A stretch of 63,612 bases of DNA from an uncultured Bacilli bacterium (GTDB lineage: Bacteria; Bacillota_I; Bacilli_A; RF39; UBA660). Every line of letters starts with the position of its first letter. Position 1 is the stretch's first letter. Shown here one piece after another: positions 62,051 to 63,612 of the stretch. The notes under the pieces are model-generated. The model did no database searches. It saw only the letters and a program-made list of their open reading frames with translations, and was not told where the DNA came from. The translations under genes were made by a program, and so were the position numbers. The stretch lies in the NCBI GenBank assembly GCA_944358815.1, contig CALVRX010000022.1, positions 1 to 63,612 on the forward strand, given 5' to 3'.

Positions 62051-63364
62051 ATGGGTAAAAAAGTTAATTTATTTTCTAGTGTTTTCTTATATGTAATAGC
62101 TAGTTTAGTATTGATATTTTATTTTATCGTTGGTTTAAATAGTCAGATTACGGAAATAGCTAGAGTTGTTTTCTTAGGAATAAGTGCGTTATTTTTATAT
62201 TTTGGTGGTTTTTTACTATCAAAATATTTAGATAGTAAGAAACCTTTAAAGATTAATTTATATATTTTCTTTATTTTATATTTAATTTTACTAATTACAC
62301 TTACTTTGTTTGATAGTTTATGGCTTCGAAATGGTTTTAGTTTTGCTGGCTTTAATAATATAAGTGAGAGAGTTAATTTAATTCCTTTTAAGACAATTAT
62401 GATGTTTATAAGTCAGTTTGATAGTATGTATTCCACGAGCCAGATTATGTTTAATTTATTTGGCAATGTTTTGGCTTTTATGCCGATGGCTTTCTTTTTA
62501 CCACTTTTATTTAAAAGGCAAAATAAGTTTAAATGGTTTTTACTTACGGTAACTTTAATAATTCTTGGCACTGAATTTTTACAACTAATTACTGGTAGTG
62601 GCAGGTGTGATATTGATGATTTGATTTTGAATTTAACCGGAAGTGTTTTACTATATTTTCTTTTAAAGATTAAATCGGTTAATAATTTAATTCGTAATAT
62701 ATTTTTACTTGAGGAAAATAAAATAAGTAAAAAATCTTATATAAAAATTATTTTATTTATAATAGGTGTTATAGCTTTATTTATGGGCATTATTGTTTAT
62801 AGAAATAGTTTATATAATAAAAATTATGAGGAGTATAATAAGATTAACAATCCTGATATAACTTTTGAATATGATAAAAAATGTACAAATAATAATTTGT
62901 TTTACGAGGATGATATTTATCAGTATTATTTTAAATGCTTAGATAGCAGTAAATTTAAAGTGATAGTGAATGGGAAAGATGAGTTTTCGGTAAAAGATTT
63001 ACTTGATAATTCAAAATATAATTATGATATAGATAGACTGTTAGATAATTTTGATTATAGTGATATTGGATATGAAATAAAACATAAGTATATTTATTTT
63101 GATATTGAGCTTGAAAATAATTTAAGTAATAGTTACTATGTTACAAATGTGGTTGATGGGAATATTGCAAGTCTTTATTTAGTAGATAAGACTGATGGAA
63201 ATAAACTTAAATACGAAGTTAATATAATACCTAAGAAAAGTGGCAAGGAGGTTTTTAATATAGATTTTGAGTTTACAAGTCCTAAAGGAAAGGTTAAAAT
63301 GGTAACTAAAAAAGTTAGTGTGACAGTTGATGATGATTTAAAAGTTACATATAGTTTAGATTAA
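62051..63364 (+). CDS. VanZ family membrane protein fused to a ~200-aa C-terminal extracytoplasmic domain
   Basis: VanZ core (NLIPFKT.., LFGNVLAFMPMAFFLP, ..EFLQLITGSGRCDIDDLILNLTG), an extra TM, and an unrecognised beta-rich domain. Confidence 0.7.
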   Translation: MGKKVNLFSSVFLYVIASLVLIFYFIVGLNSQITEIARVVFLGISALFLYFGGFLLSKYLDSKKPLKINLYIFFILYLILLITLTLFDSLWLRNGFSFAGFNNISERVNLIPFKTIMMFISQFDSMYSTSQIMFNLFGNVLAFMPMAFFLPLLFKRQNKFKWFLLTVTLIILGTEFLQLITGSGRCDIDDLILNLTGSVLLYFLLKIKSVNNLIRNIFLLEENKISKKSYIKIILFIIGVIALFMGIIVYRNSLYNKNYEEYNKINNPDITFEYDKKCTNNNLFYEDDIYQYYFKCLDSSKFKVIVNGKDEFSVKDLLDNSKYNYDIDRLLDNFDYSDIGYEIKHKYIYFDIELENNLSNSYYVTNVVDGNIASLYLVDKTDGNKLKYEVNIIPKKSGKEVFNIDFEFTSPKGKVKMVTKKVSVTVDDDLKVTYSLD

Positions 63365-63377
63365 TCTCGGAGGATTT

Positions 63378-63612
63378 ATGAAGAAGAAAATTTTAATTAT
63401 TGTTTTTGCTTTAGTTGTTCTATATTTGATTTTTAGAGTTTTGCCGTTTGGATTTACTTTAAAAAGTTATACTTATAATGTGAGTGATGGGAAGCAGACC
63501 GTGAAATTAGGTGTTCCTAGATTATCATTTATGAGTAAGGTAAATGATAGAAGTTATGCATATAAAAATATTAGAGGAAATAATGTTTTAAAGAATGAGG
63601 TTAAAGATTATT
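63378..63612 (+). CDS. Hypothetical secreted or membrane-anchored protein, 3' end outside the window
   Basis: CGGAGGA SD, N-terminal signal/anchor MKKKILIIVFALVVLYLIF, and an open frame to the window edge. Confidence 0.5.
   Translation, partial: MKKKILIIVFALVVLYLIFRVLPFGFTLKSYTYNVSDGKQTVKLGVPRLSFMSKVNDRSYAYKNIRGNNVLKNEVKDY

Overview
This is an AT-rich chromosomal segment from a spore-forming Bacillota organism. Gene content suggests an Erysipelotrichia- or Clostridia-like gut organism, but the taxon cannot be fixed from this window. All calls come from reading the sequence and recalling protein and RNA motifs; no searches were run.

Most of the window (about 0.9-51 kb) is housekeeping:
- Fe-S assembly and RNA processing: sufC, a short sufB/D-like gene, sufS, a DAG-kinase-like lipid kinase, RNase J, miaB.
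- Ribosome and envelope: rpsP, a KH protein, PBP5-type carboxypeptidase, yqeG-yqeH, feoB, mscL, an M23 peptidase, a MurJ/YtgP-like flippase, an LCP-PASTA protein.
- Proteostasis and translation: clpC, pheST behind a Phe T-box, tRNA-Cys, gltX, and hsp20 behind a CIRCE operator.
- Cell wall precursors: glmS behind a glmS ribozyme, next to an asnB / aspartate racemase / ATP-grasp ligase cluster.
- Sporulation markers: cotD-like, cotE and cse60-like genes.
- Three orphan type IV pilin-like genes.

The last ~12 kb looks accessory: two TetR regulators, aldo/keto reductases (one frameshifted), a flavodoxin, DUF3737, a cyclophilin-like protein, an acetyltransferase, and DUF3592 and VanZ membrane proteins.

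The most interesting signal is absent from the ORF track. At about 60.25-60.90 kb there are two tandem ~329-nt units. Each encodes a 25-27 aa single-helix hydrophobic peptide on a structured mRNA. Each also has a near-consensus convergent promoter plus terminator for a ~115-nt antisense RNA covering the mRNA 3' UTR. That is the architecture of a type I toxin-antitoxin module. Compensatory base changes between the two copies support the RNA helices.

Other points worth a second look:
- GlmS has Ser in place of the catalytic Cys1.
- A J-like domain carries YPD instead of HPD.
- RNase J has a degenerate metal-binding motif.
- An orphan HerA-like ATPase sits in the yqeGH operon.
- An 11-A tract lies inside the LCP gene.
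- A promoter-driven ~165-nt unassigned leader precedes tRNA-Cys.
- A mini-ORF plus terminator leader precedes the DUF3737 operon.
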